Part shown: positions 29,608 through 38,438 of the stretch, in pieces
Position numbering within the stretch: the stretch's first letter is position 1
How the letters are laid out: each line of letters begins with the position of its first letter
Source of the DNA: Desulfobacterales bacterium
Lineage (GTDB): Bacteria; Desulfobacterota; Desulfobacteria; Desulfobacterales; UBA5852
Length of the DNA stretch: 64,000 bases
Assembly (NCBI GenBank): GCA_963674755.2
Contig: CAXXVS010000003.1
Location: 1,440,001-1,504,000 of the forward strand
Direction of reading: 5' to 3'
Program-made: the position numbers and the translations under genes
Notes under the pieces: generated by a model
Databases searched by the model: none
The model's input: only the letters and a program-made list of their open reading frames with translations
What the model was told of the DNA's origin: nothing

Positions 29608-30492
29608 TCAGGTAGGCGTGGTTTGGCGGACGGTCGCCTGGAATGAGGATAGGGGGCGGTCGGCAGCGGTCAGGGATGCTGTTGCCCGATATGTTTCCGA
29701 TTCCTGTTCCAGGCGGCAGAGAACCTGCACCCTTTGTCCGGGCCGCAACGGTTCGCGGAATTTGGCTTTGTCGAGGCGTTCCAGCACAACCGGGTTGCGC
29801 CAAGCGGAGGCCAACATGGCCAGGACCACCCGGACCTGGGCAAAGGCGGGCAGCACCGGGTTGCCGGGAAAATGGCCCTGGAAAGCGATGAAGGGCTGCG
29901 GGAAGCAGAAAGAACGGACGATGGTATGGTCATTCTCCCATTCCAGCGGGCAGAGGGCGGCGGAGGCCATGGCCTGGTCCCAGGGGGCAGGAGGGGTAAA
30001 AGTGGCTGGGGCTTCGCTCCCGGGCGCAGGGGCAGGTTTCTCGTCGGGAGGCACCAGCCAAAGCTTGAGTCGTCCCCGGGCCAGACATCGATCCCGGCGG
30101 TGAACCTGGCCCCGGACTACCACGAAGGCACCGATATGATCGCTTTCCTGCATGGTGACGCTGACCCGGTCCCCGATTCGGGCGGTGCCGCTGAAAGAAA
30201 CGGCGTCGGCGCCCACCAGATAGCCGGTCTGGGGCGGTGCATCGTGTTGCCGCTCGCGCCAGCCCTTCACCGCCGCAAAGGTCTGGGCAATGAGCTCCAA
30301 ATGGGCGGTGGGATTCAGGCGGCCGTCCGGATCGATAAAGAGCGGATTGCCGGGAATCGAAACTCCGGCACGGCCACCCCGGTCATCCACCGCCTGGAGG
30401 GTATCGATCAGACGTACCGGCCGCCGGTGGGGCAGCAATCCGGCGGCCGGTGCCGGCAGGCCGGCAATGGCATTTCGTTCAGATTGAGGCAT
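29608..30492 (-). CDS. Tandem hot-dog dehydratase (ApeP-like + ApeI-like fusion)
   Basis: N-domain LLPHRRPVRLID...ELIAQ; C-domain FQGHFPGNPVLPA...AKFREPLRPG. Confidence 0.78.
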   Translation of the reverse strand: MPQSERNAIAGLPAPAAGLLPHRRPVRLIDTLQAVDDRGGRAGVSIPGNPLFIDPDGRLNPTAHLELIAQTFAAVKGWRERQHDAPPQTGYLVGADAVSFSGTARIGDRVSVTMQESDHIGAFVVVRGQVHRRDRCLARGRLKLWLVPPDEKPAPAPGSEAPATFTPPAPWDQAMASAALCPLEWENDHTIVRSFCFPQPFIAFQGHFPGNPVLPAFAQVRVVLAMLASAWRNPVVLERLDKAKFREPLRPGQRVQVLCRLEQESETYRATASLTAADRPLSSFQATVRQTTPT

Positions 30493-30502
30493 GCCGGGCG
30501 GG

Positions 30503-31093
30503 CTATTGCACGCTGGTAACTTTGCCGTTGCTGAAGGTCACTGATTTCATGACCCAGCGGTTGCGCCAGTAGGTCCAGACGTTGTCTTCGAGGGAGGGCG
30601 TGCGGTGTTTGGCCGGGTAGCCCCAGGCGATTTCGACGCCCTTTTTGGTCATGCCCTTCAAAACGCGCCCCTCCTTGATGCCCTTGAGATCCGTGGCGCT
30701 GAAGCCTTTCAACGACAAGGGCTGGGGGCCGGTGATCAGATCGAGGTATTCCTTCACCGACATGCCGCCCATGTTGCCGGAGCGGTACTCGAAGTAGATC
30801 AGCTGGCCGTTGTCCTGGCGGGTCATGGTGAAACCGCCCCGCCATTTGCCAATGGAGACCACCGTATTGACCGGCACGAAGAAGTGGCCGGTGTCCGGCT
30901 GGACATAGTTGGCGTAGCTGGCAAGATATTCCATATTGCCGCGGTTGTTGCGGGTATAGCCGTGGATGTTGGTGTGGAGGTAAACACTGGAATAGCCTTC
31001 AATAGGACCCGAAGACACGCTGGCGCATCCCAGCAGACCGAGCAATGCCGTCGTCAAGATGGCCAGAATCATCAACGTGGATTTCGTTCGCAT
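30503..31093 (-). CDS. Hypothetical lipoprotein with a SmpA/BamE-like C-terminal motif
   Basis: Lipobox LLGC; GMTKKGVEIAWGYP...WTY; AAAGGAGG RBS. Confidence 0.7.
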   Translation of the reverse strand: MRTKSTLMILAILTTALLGLLGCASVSSGPIEGYSSVYLHTNIHGYTRNNRGNMEYLASYANYVQPDTGHFFVPVNTVVSIGKWRGGFTMTRQDNGQLIYFEYRSGNMGGMSVKEYLDLITGPQPLSLKGFSATDLKGIKEGRVLKGMTKKGVEIAWGYPAKHRTPSLEDNVWTYWRNRWVMKSVTFSNGKVTSVQ

Positions 31094-31378
31094 GATGTCC
31101 TCCTTTAGGTTTTGGATGGAGCCGGTTCGTCGGGGAAAGAAGTATGAAAAGATACAATAGAACAGTTCAAAAAGATTTCCATGGGGGAAGCCCTGTTTTT
31201 GCGACCATCGTCTGTTCGCGTCGGTTGTTGCGCTTCCGGCACATGGGGCTGATCGTGTTGTCATACGGGACTTCAGCTTGCGGAGAGCGGGCAGCGTAAG
31301 CTATCATGGGTTACCAAAAATTCCAGCGGGGCGCAACATCCGTCCCGCTTGCTATTTGGGGGAAGAAAAGGAGGCGCC

Positions 31379-32533
31379 ATGTTATTTGAATTTGCAACTG
31401 CCGGCCGCATCGTTTTCGGCCGGGGCTGCGCCGCCCGCGTCGGGGAAGAGGCCGCTGCCCTGGGACGGCGGGTATTTGTTCTGACCGGGCGCCACGGGGA
31501 CCGCTGGACGTTTTTGTGGCAAGATCTGGAACGTCGGCGGTTGCCCTGGCAGCGGTTTGCCATTCCCGGCGAGCCCACCGTGGAGATGATCGGGCAGGCG
31601 GCCGCGGCGGCGCAAAGGGCCGCGGCCGACGTCGTGATCGGCATCGGCGGGGGCAGCGTGATTGATGCCGCCAAGGCCGTGGCGGCCAAGGTCGCCAATC
31701 CGGGAGACCTGCTGGACTACCTGGAAGTGATCGGCCGGGGCCGGGCCCTCGCCAAACCGTCCCTGCCCTGCGTGGCCGTGCCCACCACGGCCGGCACGGG
31801 GGCCGAGGTGACCCGCAACGCTGTGCTGCGATCCGCGGGCCACGGGGTGAAGGTCAGCCTGCGCAGTCCCACCATGCTGCCGGTGCGGGCCCTGGTGGAC
31901 CCGGAGCTGACCTTGAGCGTGCCGCCGGCCGTGACCGCTGCTACGGGTATGGATGCCCTGACCCAACTCATGGAAGCCTTTGTCAGTTGCCGGGCCAATC
32001 CCCTGACGGACGGGATTTGCCGGGAGGGGCTGGCACGGGCGGCCCGATCTCTGGAACAGGTTTATGGCCAGGGCGACGATATTGATGCCCGGGAGGACAT
32101 GGCCCTGGCCAGCCTCTTCGGCGGTTTGGCCCTGGCCAATGCCGGCCTGGGAGCGGTGCACGGGTTTGCCGGCCCTCTGGGGGGCATGCGGTCGGCGGCC
32201 CACGGCATGATTTGCGCCGCGCTCCTGCCGGCGGTCATGACCGCCAATATCCGGGCTCTGGGTGAACGGCAGACGGGCCACTTGGCGTTGGAACGCTACC
32301 GTGAAACCGCTGTCCTCCTGACCGGCCGGGAAGATGTCACGGCGGAGGAGGGCGTGGATTGGATTCGGCAGCTTGGCCGGCGTCTGGAAGTGCCGCCGTT
32401 GGGGGCGTTGGGCTTCACGGCGGACCAGACCGCCGAAGCCGTCTCCAAGGCTCGTCAGGCCAGCAGCATGAAGGGCAATCCGGTGGCGCTGACGGAAGAA
32501 GAACTGGCGGCCATATTTATGGGCGCTTTGTAG
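31379..32533 (+). CDS. Iron-containing alcohol dehydrogenase
   Basis: GGGSVIDAAK, VPTTAGTGAEVT, DALTQLME and HG...H motifs. Confidence 0.9.
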   Translation: MLFEFATAGRIVFGRGCAARVGEEAAALGRRVFVLTGRHGDRWTFLWQDLERRRLPWQRFAIPGEPTVEMIGQAAAAAQRAAADVVIGIGGGSVIDAAKAVAAKVANPGDLLDYLEVIGRGRALAKPSLPCVAVPTTAGTGAEVTRNAVLRSAGHGVKVSLRSPTMLPVRALVDPELTLSVPPAVTAATGMDALTQLMEAFVSCRANPLTDGICREGLARAARSLEQVYGQGDDIDAREDMALASLFGGLALANAGLGAVHGFAGPLGGMRSAAHGMICAALLPAVMTANIRALGERQTGHLALERYRETAVLLTGREDVTAEEGVDWIRQLGRRLEVPPLGALGFTADQTAEAVSKARQASSMKGNPVALTEEELAAIFMGAL

Positions 32534-32646
32534 AGAATGCTCGACAATAATGTGAAGAAGGCACTATTTCTCGCGATGATTTTAGCGGTCAACTTATAGT
32601 GAAGAGCTCCGAAAAAAGCCTGTTTTGTTGACTTGTTTGTCCGCTT

Positions 32647-32975
32647 GTTACTGTTCTTTCGCGTGAAAAGAAAGGTAACCAAAAGAAAAGGCCCGTGTCC
32701 CGCTTAATCCTGCGCGTCGCCAAACCGGGCGAGGCCACAAGAATCATGTTGTCAGGTAAGGCGCCAAGTGCAGCGAGGCGCGCAGCAATCGTCAGATTGT
32801 GAGCACCCGAGCAAGCTTGGCAACGCGACCTGGCGGCATGAGGCGCCGCTGGATCGTCCGGTTTCGGCCGGAGCACGTGGTGACTCGCCCACCTTCGCTA
32901 AAGCTGCGGCGGACTCAGACAGTCCGCGCGCTTTTTACCGTTCCCTGCGGCGATGCTCGGTGCGGAACAACGGGA
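32647..32975 (+). repeat. Composite structured intergenic repeat, copy B, with nested hairpin
   Basis: The 3' part (32870-32975) matches copy A. Nested inverted repeats at 32722-32732/32854-32864 and 32744-32757/32828-32841. Confidence 0.65.
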
Positions 32976-33019
32976 ATTAACCCCAAAACCTCCTCAAAAC
33001 TCGCCCTTTCTGCGGGTGG

Positions 33020-34189
33020 TCAGCGGCGGGCTTCCATTAGAATCTCCAAATCCTCGACAGGGTAGGAAACGCAGGCGTGCACATAGCCTTGGATGCGGTC
33101 CGATTGGCGCAGGGGGACTCCGGCGGGCTGGAAGACGCGGCCTTTGAGGACGCGCACCCGGCACAGGCTGCATTCCCCCGAACGGCATTGGGAGGGCGGG
33201 GCCAGGCCGGCCTGCTCGAAGGTATTCAGCAGGGGCGTGCCGGCCCGGGCCGCGATGGTGGGGCCGTCGATGATGGTGACCTTGAAACGATCGTCTTCCC
33301 CGACAGCGGCGGGCCAGCCGGGGCTTTGGGAGACCCTGGCCGGCGGGCCGAACATTTCCCGGCGGATGCGGCGGCGGGGTACGCCCCGGGCTTCCAATTC
33401 TCCGAGGCAGAAATCGTACATGGCCTGCGGGCCGCAGAGATAGAGCATGGCGCCTGGCAGGGCGCCCGCTACACGTTCTATGAGGTCGCCGTTCATGAAG
33501 CCCCGCTCCCCGGCATAATCGGACTGCGGCTGTTCGATCACCGGCACGTAGACCAAATTGGGATGTCGGGCGGCCAGGGTGCAAAGCGCCTCGTGGTAGA
33601 TGATATCGTCTTCGGAGCGGTTGCCGTAGATCAAGGTGATATGGCGGTCCAGCCCCCGGTCGCAGACCTCCCGGATCATGCTCATGAAGGGCGTAATGCC
33701 GCTGCCCCCGGCGATGAAGACCAGGCGCCGTCCGTGAATCAGGGGATTGTAGACGAAGCAACCGTCCGGACCCGAGGCCGTCAGGGCGTCGCCTTCCCTG
33801 ACGTTGTCCAACAAATGGTTGGAGACCAGGCCGCCGGGCACCCGCTTGACCGTCAGGTCGTAGTAGGCGGTCTGGGAGGGAGGGGAGGCGATGCTGAGGG
33901 GCCGGTTGGTACGGATGCCGTCCGCCTGCACGTGCAGGGCGACATACTGGCCGGCCTGGAAGGGCGGCAGTACGTCCTCGGCGGACACCATGCGGAAGGT
34001 CTTGGTGCTGGGGGTCTCCTCAAAGATCCGGCTGACGCGCAAAGAGAGGCGTTGCGGGTGCAGGCGCGCCAGGTAGGCGGCCGCGACGCCCTTCTCGCTG
34101 CGGAAGTCTTCTCCCAAGGTTTCGGCAGCCCGGACGAGCTGGAGCACCTCCTGGTAGCCTTCGAGTTGTTCGGCGATGTCGCGTTTCAT
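33020..34189 (-). CDS. FNR-family FAD/NAD(P)-binding reductase with C-terminal [2Fe-2S] ferredoxin
   Basis: RPLSIAS, GGLVS, AGGSGITP, YLCGP and CRSGECSLC...C motifs. Confidence 0.88.
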   Translation of the reverse strand: MKRDIAEQLEGYQEVLQLVRAAETLGEDFRSEKGVAAAYLARLHPQRLSLRVSRIFEETPSTKTFRMVSAEDVLPPFQAGQYVALHVQADGIRTNRPLSIASPPSQTAYYDLTVKRVPGGLVSNHLLDNVREGDALTASGPDGCFVYNPLIHGRRLVFIAGGSGITPFMSMIREVCDRGLDRHITLIYGNRSEDDIIYHEALCTLAARHPNLVYVPVIEQPQSDYAGERGFMNGDLIERVAGALPGAMLYLCGPQAMYDFCLGELEARGVPRRRIRREMFGPPARVSQSPGWPAAVGEDDRFKVTIIDGPTIAARAGTPLLNTFEQAGLAPPSQCRSGECSLCRVRVLKGRVFQPAGVPLRQSDRIQGYVHACVSYPVEDLEILMEARR

Positions 34190-34219
34190 CGGCTGGCCCT
34201 TTCATATAAAAACATATTC

Positions 34220-34341
34220 ACCACGAAGAGCACGAAGGACACAAAGTTAAAAAGCGAAACGGCAATCGACCAAATGCTTATCACCATAGGGGACTCTGCC
34301 TTTTGGGTTTACCCTCCGTGCCCCTTCGTGCTCTTCGTGGT
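34220..34341. repeat. REP-like inverted repeat pair
   Basis: Perfect 19-bp inverted repeat ACCACGAAGAGCACGAAGG at 34220-34238 and 34323-34341. Confidence 0.75.
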
Positions 34342-34389
34342 AAACGCTTTTGGCTTTCAAAGGATGCGGGCGCTTCGACCTGCTCCTTG

Positions 34390-35886
34390 CTATTTCTCCA
34401 GTCGTCGCAGCACGGCCTGGCCGGTTTTGAAGCCGGACTCCAGGGTGGGCTGGAACCCGTTGGCGCCCACCCAGCCCCCGGAGAGATAGAGGCCCTCGAT
34501 GTGCATGCGGTTGGGCAGGAAGACCGGGGAATCCTTGATGTGCTTTTCAAAGCCGTAGATGGCTCCCCGGGGGGTACCCAGATAGCGCATGTGGGTGATG
34601 GGGGTGGCGATTTCCATTTCCTCGATGTGATCGCGCAAGCCGGGGAAAACCCGCTCGGCCTGCTGCAGCAGGCCCTCGGCCACCCGGTATTTTTCGGCGG
34701 CATACTGGGCCGGGGGCACCTGGAGCCAGGCATCGCCGAATTTAAGCGTGATCAGGGCGGCCTGGCTGGTGCCGGTCGGGGAGAAGCCCGGATCGATGAG
34801 GGTGTAGCAGGTCATCATGAGGCTGTCGCGCTGGTCGATATCGCGGATCTTCATGCGTTCGTAAGCCTGATCGGCATCGGTGTGCCCCAGGATGAAATTG
34901 GTGGAGGAGGTGATCCCGAGCGCATCAGGCGGCTGGTCGAGACCCAGGTAGAGGGTAAAGGCCGACGGGCTCAAGGACGTGCGTTTGAGCTCGCCCCAGA
35001 CCGTCTCGGGCACCTGGTCGGGGTCCAGCATTTCCACGAAAGTGGCGATCTTGGAGGCGTTGGAGATCACTTGGCGGGCCTGGATGGTTTCGCCCCCGGC
35101 GATGGCGACCCCGGCCACCCGCCCGTCTTCCACCAGGATTCGCTCCACCGGGCAGTTGTAGCGGATCCGGCCCCCGCATTCCGTGATGCGGCCGGCCAGG
35201 GCGCCGGAAAGGGCCTGGGAGCCGCCCTTGAGATGAAAGGGCAGGAATTCGATATAGGCAAACAACATGGCGGCCATGTCGATGAAGGCCAGCCGGCTGG
35301 GGGGCAGGCCCATATAGGTCCAATAGGGGGTCAGGGCGGCCTGCAGCAGGGGGTTGCGGATATGCTCGTCCAGCACGGCTTGCAGCGGCTTCAGACCGTA
35401 TTGGAAATACAGCGGGTATTTGTCCGGGTGGATCTCCGGGTCCTTGAAATAGAAGGCGCCGATGACTTCGCCGAAGACCCGATAGACCAGGTCGAAAAAG
35501 GCCTCGATGCCGTCGGCCTCGTCGGGGAAGCGGTCCTTGAGCGCCGCGATGGCCCGGGCCCGGTCGGGTTCCAGCACGATGTCGAGGGCCCCCGGAAGCA
35601 CCACATGGTAGAGATCGGTCATGGGCACGAAATCCAGCCGGTCTGTGACCTTCAACTGGTCCAGCACCATGCGCAGGGGGCCGGGCTTGGCAGGCGTGCC
35701 GATACCGCTCAGCTGGTGCAGGGCCACCTCGAATTCGAAGCGGCCCCGGCAGAAGCTGGTGGCAGAGCCTCCCGGGATATTGTGCCGCTCCAGCACCAGG
35801 ACTTGGGCGCCGCCCTGGGCCAGGGCGGCCGCGGCGGTCAGGCCGGCATTGCCGGCGCCGATGACGACGACATCATAGGGTCCCAT
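34390..35886 (-). CDS. Phytoene desaturase/CrtI-family FAD-dependent oxidoreductase (COG1233-like)
   Basis: DVVVIGAGNAGL, GGSATSFCRGRFEFE, GGSQALS, TP...RY...GAIYG and GLYLSG motifs. Confidence 0.85.
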   Translation of the reverse strand: MGPYDVVVIGAGNAGLTAAAALAQGGAQVLVLERHNIPGGSATSFCRGRFEFEVALHQLSGIGTPAKPGPLRMVLDQLKVTDRLDFVPMTDLYHVVLPGALDIVLEPDRARAIAALKDRFPDEADGIEAFFDLVYRVFGEVIGAFYFKDPEIHPDKYPLYFQYGLKPLQAVLDEHIRNPLLQAALTPYWTYMGLPPSRLAFIDMAAMLFAYIEFLPFHLKGGSQALSGALAGRITECGGRIRYNCPVERILVEDGRVAGVAIAGGETIQARQVISNASKIATFVEMLDPDQVPETVWGELKRTSLSPSAFTLYLGLDQPPDALGITSSTNFILGHTDADQAYERMKIRDIDQRDSLMMTCYTLIDPGFSPTGTSQAALITLKFGDAWLQVPPAQYAAEKYRVAEGLLQQAERVFPGLRDHIEEMEIATPITHMRYLGTPRGAIYGFEKHIKDSPVFLPNRMHIEGLYLSGGWVGANGFQPTLESGFKTGQAVLRRLEK

Positions 35887-36856
35887 CAGGCTCCTCTCGG
35901 GTTGGTGCGGTTCTGCGACCGGTGGCAAGAAAGGTCGCGACGGCCGGCACGAGTGCATCGAGCTCGTCCGGCGCTGTCCAGACAATCTCCGGGTCGGCGC
36001 GAAACCAGGTAAACTGGCGTTTGGCATAGCGGCGGGTGTCCCGCTTCAGCAGGCGCAGGGTCTCCTCCCAGTCCACGCCGTTTTGAAGATAGTCCACCAT
36101 ATGGCGGTAGCCGATGGACTGCATGGATTTCAGGCCGGCATGGTAGCCCCGGGCCAACAGGCGGCGGACTTCCTCCAGCAGGCCCTCGGCCACCATTTGA
36201 TCCACCCGCCGGTCAATGCGTGCGTAAAGGGCCGGGCGGGGAATGGTCAGGCCGATCTTGAAAGCGGCAAAGCGCGGTCGGGCAAAGCGGTGTTCCTGCT
36301 GTAAAGCGGATATGGGGCGCCCGGTGGCCTGGAAGGTTTCCAGGGCGCGGATGATGCGGAAGCGGTCGTTCACATGGATGTCCGCCGCCGCGGCAGGGTC
36401 CCTGGCGGACAGCCGGGCGTGCAGGTGGGCCGTGCCATGGGCCTCGGCCGACTGCTCCAGCTGCCGACGATATTCCGGATCGGGCGGCCGGCTGTCGAAG
36501 AGGCCGTAGAGCAGCGCTTTGATGTAGAGCCCGGTGCCGCCGGCCACGACGGGCACCAGCCCTCCTTGGTGGACGGCCTGTGCGACCTCGCCGGCCTCCC
36601 GGGCGTAGCGGGCGGCGTCATAGGGGACGTCGGGATCGACGATGTCCACCATATGGTGTTTAACGCGCGCCTGCTCCTCGGTCGTGGGTTTGGCGGTACC
36701 GATATCCATGGTCCGATAGATCTGCATGGAATCGGCCCCGACGATTTGCCCCTCGAACCGCCGGGCCAGATCGATGGCGGTGCGGGTCTTGCCGATCCCG
36801 GTGGGTCCGCAGACGACGATCACACGGGGGGCTGGATGGGGGGCGGAAGCAGTCAT
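35873..36856 (-). CDS. miaA: tRNA dimethylallyltransferase
   Basis: GPTGIGKT, DSMQIY, GTAKP, GGTGLY and YAKRQFTW motifs. Confidence 0.96.
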   Translation of the reverse strand: MTASAPHPAPRVIVVCGPTGIGKTRTAIDLARRFEGQIVGADSMQIYRTMDIGTAKPTTEEQARVKHHMVDIVDPDVPYDAARYAREAGEVAQAVHQGGLVPVVAGGTGLYIKALLYGLFDSRPPDPEYRRQLEQSAEAHGTAHLHARLSARDPAAAADIHVNDRFRIIRALETFQATGRPISALQQEHRFARPRFAAFKIGLTIPRPALYARIDRRVDQMVAEGLLEEVRRLLARGYHAGLKSMQSIGYRHMVDYLQNGVDWEETLRLLKRDTRRYAKRQFTWFRADPEIVWTAPDELDALVPAVATFLATGRRTAPTREEPDGTL

Positions 36857-36991
36857 GGTCTCCTGCATAATCCAACTTCCTGCCGGGGGCAAGGGGCATG
36901 TACCGGCGCCGGACTGCGCTGCTGTGGCTTATCCTTCCCGGGCCTGTTTGTCCGACCGCCGTTCGGCCGTATACGAAGGCGGCTTTTCTTA

Positions 36992-37069
36992 TTGACATTA
37001 AATGGACGATGCTATAATTAGGTCCAAAATTTAAAAGGTCCGTTGTAAAACAACCCCTTAGAGTATAAT
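36992..37069 (+). promoter_or_regulatory. Tandem sigma70-like promoters upstream of dsrC
   Basis: TTGACA(36992)...TGcTATAAT(37013) and TTGTAA(37043)...TATAAT(37064). Both have a short 15-nt spacer and both -10 boxes continue TAGG. Confidence 0.5.
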
Positions 37070-37115
37070 TAGGCGGAACGCCGAAAATAATATTATTAAA
37101 GGAGGGTATTCGTAA

Positions 37116-37436
37116 ATGGCCACAGTTGAATACATGGGCAAGTCGTTTGAAGTTGACGAAGACGGATTCATCGGGAACTACGAAGATGGCAAGTGCGAAG
37201 AGTGGGTGCAGTATGTCAAGGCTCAGGAAGGCATCGATGAGCTCAGCGACGAACACCGCAAAGTCATCACGGTTCTCCAGGAGTACTACGAGAAAAACGG
37301 TATCGCACCGATGGTGCGGGTGCTCTCCAAGGTGACCGGCTTCAAACTGAAACACATTTATGAACTGTTCCCGTCAGGACCGGGCAAGGGAGCGTGTAAG
37401 ATGGCAGGTCTCCCCAAGCCGACCGGCTGCGTCTAA
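37116..37436 (+). CDS. dsrC: DsrC, sulfur carrier of dissimilatory sulfite reductase
   Basis: VDEDGF, YELFPSGPGKGACKMAGLPKPTGCV with both C-terminal Cys (CX10C). Confidence 0.95.
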   Translation: MATVEYMGKSFEVDEDGFIGNYEDGKCEEWVQYVKAQEGIDELSDEHRKVITVLQEYYEKNGIAPMVRVLSKVTGFKLKHIYELFPSGPGKGACKMAGLPKPTGCV

Positions 37437-37474
37437 GCGACGATTCCTGGCGGCAACAGCACGTTGCAAATTTT

Positions 37475-37506
37475 AAAGGCCCTGCTGACGCAGCAGGGCC
37501 TTTTTA
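37475..37506 (+). terminator. Rho-independent terminator after dsrC
   Basis: AAAGGCCCTGCTG-ACG-CAGCAGGGCCTTT followed by a T run. Confidence 0.85.
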
Positions 37507-37525
37507 TTTGGCAAGGGAGGCAGCT

Positions 37526-37912
37526 ATGGACATTGCGGTCAAAACCGGCGCCCGCACGGAACTGGTGGACATTACCGCCGAGGTGCAGACCGCGGTTCGC
37601 GAAGCCGGCATTCGCGACGGGCTCTGCATGGTCTTTGTGCCTCACACCACGGCCGCGGTGACCATCAATGAGAACGCCGATCCGACCGTGAAGGCCGACA
37701 TCCTGAAGGTACTCAACAAGGTCATTCCCTGGGACGACGGCTACCGCCACTTGGAAGGCAACTCGGCGGCCCACATCAAATCGAGTCTGGTGGGCGCGTC
37801 GGAGCTGGTCGCCATCGCCGGCGGCAAGCTGCAGCTCGGGACCTGGCAGGGGATTTTTTTCTGCGAATTCGACGGGCCCCGGCGACGCAAGGTACACCTC
37901 CATTTTATCTGA
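37526..37912 (+). CDS. yjbQ: YjbQ/UPF0047 family protein
   Basis: HTTAAVTINENADP, HLEGNSAAHIK and LGTWQGIFFCEFDGPR motifs. Confidence 0.9.
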   Translation: MDIAVKTGARTELVDITAEVQTAVREAGIRDGLCMVFVPHTTAAVTINENADPTVKADILKVLNKVIPWDDGYRHLEGNSAAHIKSSLVGASELVAIAGGKLQLGTWQGIFFCEFDGPRRRKVHLHFI

Positions 37913-37955
37913 ACCGAATGCGCCGTGCCCGCATCACAAACAGACAGGACCCACG

Positions 37956-38423
37956 ATGACCTCAGCCGCCGTGTTGCTGGACGACACCGATCGTCTCATC
38001 CTAAACCGGATTCAGTCGGATTTTCCCGTAACCGCCAGGCCCTATGAGGCGATCGGCCGGGAGCTGAATCTGCCCGAAGCCGAGGTGCTTGAACGCCTCA
38101 CACGCCTCAAAGCGATCGGGATCATCAGGCGCATCGGAGGGAATTTTTCCCCCGAGAAACTGGGCTTTGTCAGCACGCTGTGCGCCGCTTCGGTGCCGCC
38201 GGACAGAGTTGACGGGTTCGCCGCCACCGTGAACCGCTACCCCGGCGTGACCCACAACTATATGCGCGACAACCACTTCAATGTCTGGTTCACGTTTATC
38301 GCGCCCTCCATGGAAGAGATCGAGGCCAACCTGGCGGCGATCATACGGGAGACGGGGGTTCACGAGATTCTCAATCTGCCGGCCACCCGCGTCTTTAAAA
38401 TCCGCGCCAAGTTCGACGTTTAA
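37956..38423 (+). CDS. ahbA: Siroheme decarboxylase alpha subunit (Lrp/AsnC-like)
   Basis: QSDFPVTARPY, GIIRRIGG, STLCAA and VTHNYMRDNHFNVWFT motifs. Confidence 0.85.
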   Translation: MTSAAVLLDDTDRLILNRIQSDFPVTARPYEAIGRELNLPEAEVLERLTRLKAIGIIRRIGGNFSPEKLGFVSTLCAASVPPDRVDGFAATVNRYPGVTHNYMRDNHFNVWFTFIAPSMEEIEANLAAIIRETGVHEILNLPATRVFKIRAKFDV

Positions 38424-38438
38424 CCCGACGGAGACCCC

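Noticed and set aside
6100..31093. Calling the cluster a true ladderane or canonical aryl polyene pathway
   Set aside because: Ladderanes are known only from anammox bacteria, and several canonical ape genes were not seen. Only scaffold similarity is supported.
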